Source: Bacteroidales bacterium
GTDB taxonomy: Bacteria > Bacteroidota > Bacteroidia > Bacteroidales > DASVHX01
Assembly (NCBI GenBank): GCA_038246075.1
Contig: JBBRRV010000002.1
Span: 6,267-70,266, forward strand
Direction: 5' to 3'
DNA length: 64,000 nucleotides
Made by a program: the position numbers and the translations under genes. This document shows positions 1 to 9,065 of this stretch, piece by piece (the stretch's first letter is position 1; each line of letters opens with the position of its first letter). The notes beneath the pieces were generated by a model, which saw nothing but the letters and a program-made list of their open reading frames with translations, was not told the DNA's origin and did no database searches.

Positions 1-2182
1 ATAGTGTAATGGATTGCTTGAAGTATCCGTAACGGTAAAGCAGACCAACTCCTATCATGTTGATATTTGAGTCACTGGCCTCCTTCATGTAGTCACCAGC
101 CAATAAGCCTAATCCACCGGAGTATATCTGGATAGTTTCATGCAGCCCATATTCCATGCTAAAATAAGCGACCTGTTTCTTGGGTTTTTTAGCAGCGCCA
201 TCCATATAGCTCTCAAACCGGCTGGAGATTTCCGAAAGCTTATCCATGAAATCCTTATTTTCGGATAACTTCAGGATTTGTGTCGAAGTGAGCGACTCGA
301 GCATAGCCATCGGGTTGTTGTGTGTTTCTTCCCAAAGTAACGGATCGATCATTTTGAATAAGTCGCCGGCATCTGTATTCCATGTCCACCAAAGATTGCG
401 CGAGAGGCGCTGCAGACGGCGGAATGTTGAAGGGAATGAAGGTCTTATCAGAATTTTTTGCCAGACCGGTTTTGAGGGTTTATGTGTGCTGTAATCAACC
501 ACGGTGTCCACCTGACGTTTGTCCCTGAATAGTTCGGAGCGTTTTTCAACTTTGCCCAGGGCAATGGCATAAGCTTCAAAGTAATAGATGGTCAGGTTTG
601 ACCATAAAGCAACTCTTGCCAGTTCCCTTGCCTTTGTGCGCAGCAATTCATGATCTTCAGTGCTTAAGCCGCTCGTAACGATAATATCAGCTGTCAAATG
701 TTCAATAACTTCGTTCGAATTGGTATCGTCACGATCGATGACGGTAATTCCGATATGGTCGGTCGGCATTTTTTCCCTTATCCACCTGCCGAAACCGGTG
801 AGTGATGTTGTAACAGTTGGAACACTGTAGGCAAGACTTTCAAGCGGAGTGTATCCCCAGGGCTCATAGTAGGATGGAAAGGCTGATAGATCGAACCCTG
901 GCAGCAGGTCATAATATTTCATATTGAAGATGCCATCAGCGCCATTGAGGTATGACGGGACAAAAATTATTTTGACCTTGTCGGACGTAGCATTATGCAT
1001 ATTGTTCTGGCGGATGCTGTTGAGGATAGGATCGTATTCCGATTCGAACAGGTTATGCGTCAGGAAATGATCGGTATTTGGACTGCTGAAGTCGGGTTTT
1101 CCAAGACGACCTTTTAAGCCATTGGCTGGTCCTAATTGGTTAGCCGGAATCATGATAAATGCAACAATGGTTTTTTGAGTAGCATTATTGCTATTGATGT
1201 TTCCAAGCGCATCGATAAGCAGGTCGATTCCTTTGTTGCGGAATTCATAACGTCCGCTGTTGACGAGCAGCATACTATCCGCTGGTAATTCCTGGTTCAG
1301 CAGGGCAGATGCAACATCCAGCAAGCACTTGCGTGCAAGACTCCTGCGTGTAGCCAGATCCTGATCAGTAGGAATGAGGTCTTCATCAAATCCGTTTGGT
1401 GTGATAAGGTCCACTTCACGGCCAAGAAACTGCCGGCATTCCTCAGCAGTCAGCAGGCTGACAGTCGTAAAGGCATCGCTGTTTTCAGCTGCAGATTTTT
1501 CAAGTGAATATTTTGCATTGATGTTAAACCGCTGGGCGATATTATCAGGATTATAGTTGTTAAAATCGCTGTACAGCGGAAGGTTATTTCCTGCGATGCA
1601 ACGGCCAAGCATTGTTGCATGTGTTGTAAATACGCATCCTGCCTGTGGTACGTGATCACGAAGATAAAGTATGCCTGCACCGGTCATCCATTCGTGGAAA
1701 TGGGCTATGATCTTGTCCTGTGCCGAAAGGTTGTAATCGTAAAAGCTTTCGATAATTCTGCCGGCAGCAAAACCAAAAAGGCATGGTTCAATGTAATCCC
1801 AGCTTCCGCTAATGGAGTCCAGTTTATATTCTTCCCAGAATTCGGCAAAAATTTTATCCTTAATGGCGAAGAAAGGAGTGAAGTCCACAAGGAAAACAAC
1901 CGGGCTGCCCTTGATATTCCATCGGCCCACCTTGAGGTGCAGTCCTTCGCTTTCTGCCCTTTCGCGCCAGGAGCGGTAAATAAATTTATCCTCAATAAAA
2001 TCGGGGTTTTCTGCTGTCTCTTTCCAAACATCGGGGCCAATGAGAATATAGTTGTCACCAAATTCCCGCTGCATTCCGGCGGCTTTGGTGGCGATTACGG
2101 TGTAGATTCCACCAACTTTATTACAGATCTCCCAGCTTACTTCAAAAAGATAATCGGGTTGTATAGTGACTTGCGGATTCAT
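1..2182 (-). CDS. Glycogen synthase (GT3-like) fused in-frame to an alpha-glucan phosphorylase (GT35-like) module; partial, C-terminal part lies beyond the window start
   Basis: Absent from the ORF track because it has no stop inside the window. Manual translation from the ATG at 2182-2180 (minus) gives MNPQVTIQPDYLFEVSWEICNKVGGIYTVIATKAAGMQREFGDNYILIGPDVW..., a GT3 glycogen synthase N-terminus. The same frame at 2-133 reads YSGGLGLLAGDYMKEASDSNINMIGVGLLYRYGYFKQ, a GT35 phosphorylase signature. Plus-strand ORFs listed here are short antisense artefacts. Confidence 0.85.
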   Translation of the reverse strand, partial: MNPQVTIQPDYLFEVSWEICNKVGGIYTVIATKAAGMQREFGDNYILIGPDVWKETAENPDFIEDKFIYRSWRERAESEGLHLKVGRWNIKGSPVVFLVDFTPFFAIKDKIFAEFWEEYKLDSISGSWDYIEPCLFGFAAGRIIESFYDYNLSAQDKIIAHFHEWMTGAGILYLRDHVPQAGCVFTTHATMLGRCIAGNNLPLYSDFNNYNPDNIAQRFNINAKYSLEKSAAENSDAFTTVSLLTAEECRQFLGREVDLITPNGFDEDLIPTDQDLATRRSLARKCLLDVASALLNQELPADSMLLVNSGRYEFRNKGIDLLIDALGNINSNNATQKTIVAFIMIPANQLGPANGLKGRLGKPDFSSPNTDHFLTHNLFESEYDPILNSIRQNNMHNATSDKVKIIFVPSYLNGADGIFNMKYYDLLPGFDLSAFPSYYEPWGYTPLESLAYSVPTVTTSLTGFGRWIREKMPTDHIGITVIDRDDTNSNEVIEHLTADIIVTSGLSTEDHELLRTKARELARVALWSNLTIYYFEAYAIALGKVEKRSELFRDKRQVDTVVDYSTHKPSKPVWQKILIRPSFPSTFRRLQRLSRNLWWTWNTDAGDLFKMIDPLLWEETHNNPMAMLESLTSTQILKLSENKDFMDKLSEISSRFESYMDGAAKKPKKQVAYFSMEYGLHETIQIYSGGLGLLAGDYMKEASDSNINMIGVGLLYRYGYFKQSITL

Positions 2183-2224
2183 TCAGTTAAGTATTGATAA
2201 ATAGCGGTTTATACTATAATAATA

Positions 2225-2259
2225 GCACCTGAAGGAGGCAGATGGCTTCCTTCGGGTGC
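2225..2259 (-). terminator. Hairpin between the GH57 stop and the glycogen synthase start (terminator or 5'-UTR structure)
   Basis: Minus-strand GCACCCGAAGGA-11 nt loop-TCCTTCAGGTGC (11 of 12 pairs), followed by a TATTATTAT tail. A TACTTTTG box lies immediately 5' of it, so the role is ambiguous. Confidence 0.4.
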
Positions 2260-2266
2260 AAAAGTA
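2259..2266 (-). promoter_or_regulatory. Bacteroidota -7 box TAnnTTTG (TACTTTTG)
   Basis: caaaagta on the plus strand, 77 nt upstream of the glycogen synthase ATG. Confidence 0.35.
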
Positions 2267-2278
2267 ATACAATTTAAT

Positions 2279-3826
2279 TTATTTACTTTTCAGTTTATTG
2301 GCTTCGCGCAGGAGACTTTTCCGTGCCAGATCAAGGTCGGTTTTTCGCGGAGCGACAAGTTTAGAAAATAGATCACGAAATTCGTCCTGATTTTTCGTGT
2401 TCAATGATTGTTGTATCGTTGCAATATCAGCGGTGCTTTCCTGCCATAATGCAAGCGCCAGTGCCTGAGCACCTGTTTTTTCCAGAATGGAATCTAATTC
2501 AGTCTCCGCCAGATTACGCAGTATTTTACCAAGCGAGAGCGCTGATTTTGCCGGATCCGGGGTTTTAACCTTTTTAACAGGTACTTTAGTTGTTTTGGCA
2601 ATTTTGACGCTGGCTTTTGGTTGGTCTGTGACCTTACCCAGTTGCTCCTCTACCCTTATCAGAAAGTCGGAAACAACATTCATGTAATTGATAAAGGCTT
2701 CATATGGGGTGTTGTATGCGTTGTAGTAACTGTGCAGTGTGCCTCCGTCGGAAAACCATTTGGTTGACATATAATAGAAATGGTCGCTTGACTGGAGCCA
2801 ATTCCAGTCGCGCAGCAATTCAGGATCTTTGCAATGGCTCATCCGCTCGGCGGCAGAATATAGGCTGTTGAATGCTTCGATCTGCAGATCATTGCCCAGC
2901 CAGGCTGTAAGATCGCGTTCTTCATCCGACCATGAAATGGGATCCACGACTGATATGGCAGAAATCGGCTGGAGAATTTTTGATAATTCAGCAGGTGTAT
3001 TGAAGGTAAACTGCTGTGTGGCAAAAACCTGTTTCGGGAGTGCTTTCAGGAAATTGAAAATACCTGTTTCCGCCCACTGGTGCTCTCCAAAAGTTTCATA
3101 GTTCATAAAGAGGTTGATGACCTCTTGTTTAGGATCTGTTTCGCTAAGCCAATGGGTATATTTTTCTGCTGTAAGCGGCCATTCTTTCCAGCTATGCTGG
3201 GAAAACCGGAAGGCTATATCATCGCTCAACTGATAATTCTTCAAAAGTAGTTTGAGTTTAGGATCCGATGCACTGCAATAAAGGTAATTCGGACTTTTCC
3301 ATCCTAATATTTGTTTTGCTCCTTCAGTAAGCATGGTTGTGAATCCCATCTGGCTGACCACATGCCCGATACTGTCGGAATAGATCAACTCGGAATTGCG
3401 GAAAGTAGTAGGTCGTTTGCCGAAGAGTTCTTCAATGGTGTCGGCATGTTGTTTTACCTGGCGGCGAAATTCGTTTTCGTCTTTCAGCGAAGCAAGCGAA
3501 TGAGAATAGGTTTCACCCAGGAATTCGACATAGCCCGTATCGGCAAGTTTTTTAAAACTCTCGATGACTTCGGGGGAATATTTGCGGAACTGATCAAGCG
3601 CCACACCGGAAATACTGTATGAAATCTTAAATGCTGAACCATATTCCCTGATCAATTCAAGCATTAACTTATTGGCAGGCAGATAACATTTTTCAGCTAC
3701 ACGTCGTACAATGGTTTTATTCACGTAACTGTCGAAGTATTTATGTTCAGCTCCAATATCGAAGAATCTGTAAGTTCTTAGCCTGAATGGCTGATGAATC
3801 TGGAAATAGAGACAAATTGATTTCAT
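2279..3826 (-). CDS. Glycoside hydrolase family 57 (alpha-amylase/branching-enzyme-like) with a ~125-aa Lys-rich plus helical C-terminal extension
   Basis: 515-aa ORF. N-terminus MKSICLYFQIHQPFRLRTYRFFDIG is typical of GH57. Lies in the glycogen cluster. Confidence 0.85.
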   Translation of the reverse strand: MKSICLYFQIHQPFRLRTYRFFDIGAEHKYFDSYVNKTIVRRVAEKCYLPANKLMLELIREYGSAFKISYSISGVALDQFRKYSPEVIESFKKLADTGYVEFLGETYSHSLASLKDENEFRRQVKQHADTIEELFGKRPTTFRNSELIYSDSIGHVVSQMGFTTMLTEGAKQILGWKSPNYLYCSASDPKLKLLLKNYQLSDDIAFRFSQHSWKEWPLTAEKYTHWLSETDPKQEVINLFMNYETFGEHQWAETGIFNFLKALPKQVFATQQFTFNTPAELSKILQPISAISVVDPISWSDEERDLTAWLGNDLQIEAFNSLYSAAERMSHCKDPELLRDWNWLQSSDHFYYMSTKWFSDGGTLHSYYNAYNTPYEAFINYMNVVSDFLIRVEEQLGKVTDQPKASVKIAKTTKVPVKKVKTPDPAKSALSLGKILRNLAETELDSILEKTGAQALALALWQESTADIATIQQSLNTKNQDEFRDLFSKLVAPRKTDLDLARKSLLREANKLKSK

Positions 3827-3954
3827 GTGCTATTATTTATTTTTACGGGTCACATGGAATACGCCATGATAAAGGATATTAACATCTCACTAGGTGTTTC
3901 TACAATCATGACTATTACATATGTTTTTATTATAATATCTTCGGTGTACAATGA

Positions 3955-5235
3955 CTATACCACTTGTTTATATACGTCGAGAACGCTGTTGGCAGCGTTA
4001 TCCCATTTAAGATTGTTAACTTCTGCTTCACCATGACTGGAGAACATGCTGGAGAGGCTTTGGTAATGAAGCAACCCATAGATGGCGTCAGCTAAGGCAT
4101 CAATATCCCAGAAATCAACTTTAAGTGCATGATTTAAGATTTCAGCTACGCCCGACTGCTTGGAAATAACCACCGGAACATTCGATCGCATGGCTTCGAG
4201 CGGCGATATGCCAAAGGGTTCGGATACCGATGGCATCACATATACATCGCTCATGGCAAACATCCTGTCCACATTTTCACCTTTCAGGAATCCCGTAAAA
4301 TGGAATTTTGTAGCCATATGCAGTTTTGCCACACGCCGGATCATTTTCTCGAGTAAATCCCCTGTACCGGCCATTACAAAACGCACATTCGGATCTTTGT
4401 CGAGTATCTTACGGGCAGCTTCAACAAAATATTCAGGACCTTTCTGAAAGGTTACCCGGCCAAGGAAGGTAACGACTTTCTCTTTTACATGCTTCTGAAC
4501 GCCGACAAATTCTGATCTGTCAGTGGGTTCTACGGCATTGTGAACGGTTATGACCTTCGCAGGGTCTATCCCATAGCGTTCAATGACAATATTGCGGGTA
4601 AGGTTGCTGACGGTAATCACGCGATCGGCTTCTTCCATACCCTTGCGCTCTATTTCATAGATATTTTCATTTGTGTTTTCGCCTGATCTGTCAAACTCAG
4701 TGGCATGCATATGGACGACCAGCGGTTTTCCGGAAATGTGTTTGGCAGCAATTCCGGCAGGATAGGTGAGCCAGTCATGTGCATGGATGATATCAAAGGA
4801 TTGGTTGGCGGCAATAGATGATCCGATGAGGGCATAGCGTGAAACTTCCGCCATCAGGTCCAGGCCGTATTTGCCGGAAAATTCGAATCGTTCTGAAAAG
4901 ACTGAACTCAAGGTTTCTGTGCTGCTTTGTATGTTCTGATTTACGATGTTTTCAAATTCTTCGGGCCCCACGTAAGGAATGAGGTTTGATCCAATTTCCA
5001 TATAGGTAATTTTGCTCCAGAAATTCTGGTACTCTGTAGTCTGCATATCTACAACCACATCGCTGGCATTGAGCAGGCGCACAGCCTCCTGGCTTTCGTC
5101 ACCATAAGCTTTCGGCACCACAAACAATACTTCCACGCCATGCTTAAGCAGTCCTTTTGTTAATCCAAAACATGCAGTGCCTAATCCACCTGTAATATGT
5201 GGGGGGAATTCCCATCCGAACATCAATACTTTCAT
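3955..5235 (-). CDS. GT-B glycosyltransferase (GT4/GT5-like, alpha-glucan synthase type)
   Basis: 426-aa ORF. Has the N-terminal GWEFPPHITGGLGTA loop and the C-terminal EPFGISPLEAM (E-x7-E region). Glycogen cluster context. Confidence 0.8.
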   Translation of the reverse strand: MKVLMFGWEFPPHITGGLGTACFGLTKGLLKHGVEVLFVVPKAYGDESQEAVRLLNASDVVVDMQTTEYQNFWSKITYMEIGSNLIPYVGPEEFENIVNQNIQSSTETLSSVFSERFEFSGKYGLDLMAEVSRYALIGSSIAANQSFDIIHAHDWLTYPAGIAAKHISGKPLVVHMHATEFDRSGENTNENIYEIERKGMEEADRVITVSNLTRNIVIERYGIDPAKVITVHNAVEPTDRSEFVGVQKHVKEKVVTFLGRVTFQKGPEYFVEAARKILDKDPNVRFVMAGTGDLLEKMIRRVAKLHMATKFHFTGFLKGENVDRMFAMSDVYVMPSVSEPFGISPLEAMRSNVPVVISKQSGVAEILNHALKVDFWDIDALADAIYGLLHYQSLSSMFSSHGEAEVNNLKWDNAANSVLDVYKQVV

Positions 5236-5305
5236 TTTATTCCATTCTTATATTTATTAATAATTGGCAACATGAAATCAGCCATGGCAGCATTTTCGTT
5301 TGCTT

Positions 5306-5329
5306 TGAAAATCGGATTCATCCGATTTC
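5306..5329 (-). terminator. Candidate intrinsic terminator after the debranching-enzyme gene
   Basis: 8-bp perfect stem aaatcgga/tccgattt with a 4-nt loop. The minus strand continues with TTTTC. Confidence 0.4.
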
Positions 5330-5339
5330 ATAGCACTTG

Positions 5340-7319
5340 TTAAAGTTCCAGAACTTTTTTTCTGCTCATTTTTTTCTTAAAATTTTCGATGAGCCAGTTC
5401 AGGCGCAGGAGTTCTGCAACATTCCAGGCTTGTGAAATGGCTCCACCCGGCTTGTGAGGGGGATCGCCATCATATACTTCCGAGATCGTTCCTATACCAT
5501 GCTCGGACATAACTTCTTCAAACTTTCCGTAAAGCTCTTCAATGTATGCCAGTCCGCTTTCTTCATACAATTTGAGGTAACCTTCTGCAAAATGGCATAA
5601 AAGCCACACATGCACAGAACCCTGATGATAAGCCAGGTCGCGTTCAGCCTGGGTACCGATATAAGTCCCTTTATAGGCAATATTTTTAGGCGCCAGCGAA
5701 CGTAAGCCTCTGGGCGTAATCAGTTCTGACTTTACACAGTCGAGGACACCTTTACGCTGCTCTTCGTTCAGGGGTGAGTAAGGCAAAGAAGTGGCGAAGA
5801 CCTGATTGGGACGGACAGAACGATCCTTAAATTCAGCGTTAACATAATCGGCCAGGTACTTTTTATCGGCGATCCAGAAAGTCCTGGTAAAAGCTTCCGG
5901 GATGGATGCTGCTATTGGTTCCCATTTAGCTGCAAATGCTTTTTCGCCTGCAGCCTGCTCAAGTTCGAGGGTGAACTTTATAGCATTATACCAGAGGGCA
6001 TTAACCTCCACGGTAAGACCGATGCGTGGCGTGACAGGCTTGCCGTCAACAATGGCATCCATCCAGGTGAGGGCTTTACCGGGCTCCCCGGCATAGATAA
6101 GTCCGTCCTCTGTCATGAGAATATTATTCGGAGCTCCGCTGTGGAATCCTTCAAGGATTGTTTTCATCCGCTTGCCATATGTTTTCCAGATATCCTGTTT
6201 CGGAACTTTAGAAATGACCATAAGTTGCTGAAGTGTCCAGAAAAACCACAATGGTGCATCTACGGAATTATAAATTGCATTATCGCCCATACCCATATTC
6301 GGGAATAGCGGTCCACGCATCTCCGTGAGCATATTGTTGAGAATTGCCTTAAAGTTTTTTTGATCGCCATTGAGCAAGGTAAGACCTGGTAACGCAATTA
6401 AAGTATCTCTGCCCCAGCGGCCGAACCATGGGAATCCTGCAATGATCTCTGTCCGTTTTCCACGTTTAATTACAAATTGCGCCCCTGAATTGCGCAGGCA
6501 GTTTACGAAGCTGTCGCGCGGGATGCGCGCTTTTACTTCGTTGTTGAAAATTCTTGCCAGATTAGCAGGATTGATTTCCTCCAGACCGGCTGAGAAGTAT
6601 ATGCTCTCGCCTTTCTTTATTGGCAATTCAAAATAACCGGGTGTGTATAGGTCTTCTAAGTATTCGTAACCACGCACACGTTCACGCATATATTCAAAGT
6701 TGTAATACCAGTCAGGAACATGCACGTATTCAGGATCTTTCGAAAACTGAAGATTCAGATGGGAATAACCCTGGTACATCCTGGTGCTGATGCCATGGGC
6801 TATAGCTTCGTACTTTTTGTCAACAAATACATTTGCTTTGCTGAGTTGATGGATGCTGCGGTAGGCCAGAAATGGTCTGAAACGCAAGGTTGTTGGAGAA
6901 TTGGCACTTTCCAGGGTATATTTGATGATAACACGGTCATTATTGCTTGCAAAAAGCATTTCCTTGGTAAGGGTCACACCACCAACCTGGTAGGTGAGTT
7001 TCGGGATTGGCTCTGTGGTAAAATCGGAAATATACTTGTGTCCGCGCGGATTATAGACATCTCCTTCGAATTTATGGATAGCCAGGTTGAACTCGTTGTT
7101 GTGCTGAATAACAGTTTCATCGAGTGACGAAAGCAGAACATGGTTTTGATTGTCGATAGCTGGCTGGGGTGCTACAAGCAACCCGTGGTATTTTCGGGTG
7201 TTGCTGTAAATAATTGTGGAATTGGCATAAGAGCCTGCCCTGTTGGTCCTGATCAATTCACGCGATAGTGAATATTCAAGATTGATCAGTTGATTCTTTT
7301 CGAATTTTATGTAAGCCAT
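5340..7319 (-). CDS. Glycogen debranching enzyme / amylo-alpha-1,6-glucosidase family
   Basis: 659-aa ORF. Debranching-enzyme N-domain-like start (RTNRAGSYANSTI..YHGLLV) and the GFPWFGRWGRDT motif of the GDE_C family. Confidence 0.85.
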   Translation of the reverse strand: MAYIKFEKNQLINLEYSLSRELIRTNRAGSYANSTIIYSNTRKYHGLLVAPQPAIDNQNHVLLSSLDETVIQHNNEFNLAIHKFEGDVYNPRGHKYISDFTTEPIPKLTYQVGGVTLTKEMLFASNNDRVIIKYTLESANSPTTLRFRPFLAYRSIHQLSKANVFVDKKYEAIAHGISTRMYQGYSHLNLQFSKDPEYVHVPDWYYNFEYMRERVRGYEYLEDLYTPGYFELPIKKGESIYFSAGLEEINPANLARIFNNEVKARIPRDSFVNCLRNSGAQFVIKRGKRTEIIAGFPWFGRWGRDTLIALPGLTLLNGDQKNFKAILNNMLTEMRGPLFPNMGMGDNAIYNSVDAPLWFFWTLQQLMVISKVPKQDIWKTYGKRMKTILEGFHSGAPNNILMTEDGLIYAGEPGKALTWMDAIVDGKPVTPRIGLTVEVNALWYNAIKFTLELEQAAGEKAFAAKWEPIAASIPEAFTRTFWIADKKYLADYVNAEFKDRSVRPNQVFATSLPYSPLNEEQRKGVLDCVKSELITPRGLRSLAPKNIAYKGTYIGTQAERDLAYHQGSVHVWLLCHFAEGYLKLYEESGLAYIEELYGKFEEVMSEHGIGTISEVYDGDPPHKPGGAISQAWNVAELLRLNWLIENFKKKMSRKKVLEL

Positions 7320-7373
7320 ATCAGGATTATGATTTATTTTGGCGGAAACGACCAGGAAAAAGGCCCATTATTG

Positions 7374-7381
7374 CAAAGATA
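7374..7381 (-). promoter_or_regulatory. -7 box TATCTTTG, candidate promoter of the glycogen operon
   Basis: caaagata on the plus strand, 55 nt upstream of the ATG at 7319. Confidence 0.45.
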
Positions 7382-7509
7382 ATAAATCTTGCAAGTTATT
7401 GTGCCATTAAACAAAGCATAGGTACTAACATTTTTTTGTGGTTAAGGTTTATTAAAGCGGTCAAAATCATAATAAAGGAAAGAGTAATACGTAATAAATA
7501 TCAAATCTA

Positions 7510-7517
7510 TATCTTTG
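7510..7517 (+). promoter_or_regulatory. -7 box TATCTTTG only 4 nt before the ATG at 7522 (possible leaderless mRNA)
   Basis: Read directly: ctatatctttgacgaATG. Confidence 0.35.
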
Positions 7518-7521
7518 ACGA

Positions 7522-8991
7522 ATGCAAGACAATCCCAAATCAACATCCGTCAAGATTCATTATTTATTTGGCTGGGTTTTCCTGCTATCTGTCGTGTTTA
7601 TTTTACTGAATTCATGCCGTAAGGACAATGTGATCGATAAAAGCCCGGGATTCAGGTTGTCTTTTTCCAATGACACCATCATCTTTGACACTGTTTTTAC
7701 AACGCGCGGTTCAGTGACTAAACAATTACATGTTTACAACCGGAGCAATAAAGCGGTAATCATTAGTTCTGTTCGGCTGGCGCGCGGCCAGGCGTCACCT
7801 TATAAACTAAATATTGACGGACGTTCAGCACTTTCTGTTTCAGATATCGAACTTAAAGCCAATGATAGCCTTTATATTTTCGTAAGGGCAACTATTGACC
7901 CAAACAATATAAACACGCCTTTGGTCCAGAGCGATTCAATTTTGTTTACGGTAAACGGGCAGCAGCAGGACGTGAAACTGGTGGCCTGGGGACAGGATGC
8001 TTATTTTTACGCCAACACAACAATAAGAAGTAATTATACTTTTACCAACGACAAACCTCATGTCATATACGGGCAACTGATCATAGATTCATTATTCACG
8101 CTTACGATGCAGCCGGGAGCAAAGATCTACTTGCATAAAGATGCCCGACTGCTTATTTCCCGCGATGCCACACTCAAAGTGAATGGAACGCTTAACAATC
8201 CTGTTGTTTTTCGCGGCGACAGGCTGGAACATGATTATGATACAGTTCCCGGCCAATGGGGTCGCATATGGCTTTGTGCCGGTAGCAGGAACAATGAGAT
8301 CAACTACGCTGAGATACGGAATGCTCAGATTGGCCTGATGGTAGAGGCGGGGGACAATACAACAGAACCTGTTTTGCGGCTGAGTAACACACGCATCAGC
8401 AACGCAACCTATTATGGTCTTTTAGCCCGGGGAGCCCGGATACAGGCTGTTAATTGCGTATTTGACGGGGCGGGTGGAAATGCAATTGCATTAAACAATG
8501 GCGGGGAATATGATTTAAGGCATTGCACCGTAGGCAATTACTGGATGCTCTCGCCCCGGCGCACACCTTCATTATCTCTCAGTAATTATTACCTCGATAG
8601 TAAAGGTTTATCTCATGTCCAGGACCTTTCCATGGCTTATTTTGGCAATTGTATCTTTTATGGAGAGATGGAGGAAGAAATTAGTCTCCAGAAAAAGACA
8701 GGGGCAGCCTTCAACGTGGTTTTTGAAAATTGCCTTATACGCACAATGCTTGCAGCTGGAGCACCTGCCGTGTTTACATCCTGTATCAGGAATAAGGTGC
8801 CGAAATTTAAAAATTTAGAAAAATATTTTCATAACCTTGAATTAGACACACTTTCTCCTGCCAAAGATGCAGGATCCCGACAGATCATTTCAGGTGCCTT
8901 TCGCGACATCACGCTGGATATAAATGGAGTTTCGCGGATAGCGGATGCCGGACCCGATATGGGTGCCTTTGAGCGGATAGAACCATTGTAG
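7522..8991 (+). CDS. Lipoprotein of unknown function with beta-helix-like repeats
   Basis: 489-aa ORF. Lipobox ILLNSC after a hydrophobic segment. The C-terminal half has repeated N/G-rich segments (NTRISNATYYGL, NCVFDGAGGNAIAL, ENCLIRT). No family confidently recognised. Confidence 0.6.
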   Translation: MQDNPKSTSVKIHYLFGWVFLLSVVFILLNSCRKDNVIDKSPGFRLSFSNDTIIFDTVFTTRGSVTKQLHVYNRSNKAVIISSVRLARGQASPYKLNIDGRSALSVSDIELKANDSLYIFVRATIDPNNINTPLVQSDSILFTVNGQQQDVKLVAWGQDAYFYANTTIRSNYTFTNDKPHVIYGQLIIDSLFTLTMQPGAKIYLHKDARLLISRDATLKVNGTLNNPVVFRGDRLEHDYDTVPGQWGRIWLCAGSRNNEINYAEIRNAQIGLMVEAGDNTTEPVLRLSNTRISNATYYGLLARGARIQAVNCVFDGAGGNAIALNNGGEYDLRHCTVGNYWMLSPRRTPSLSLSNYYLDSKGLSHVQDLSMAYFGNCIFYGEMEEEISLQKKTGAAFNVVFENCLIRTMLAAGAPAVFTSCIRNKVPKFKNLEKYFHNLELDTLSPAKDAGSRQIISGAFRDITLDINGVSRIADAGPDMGAFERIEPL

Positions 8992-9037
8992 TTTATTCTT
9001 TCAGTCATTTCCATATTGCATTTTTTTAGGTTATCTT

Positions 9038-9045
9038 TATATTTG
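9038..9045 (+). promoter_or_regulatory. -7 box TATATTTG
   Basis: 20 nt upstream of the ATG at 9066. Confidence 0.5.
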
Positions 9046-9065
9046 TTTAACCCAAACCAAAGAAC

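Noticed and set aside
1374-2197. Plus-strand ORFs (60, 192 aa) and minus-strand ORFs in other frames (76, 118 aa)
   Set aside because: They overlap the long open minus-strand glycogen synthase frame, which carries clear family motifs. These ORFs have no recognisable features.
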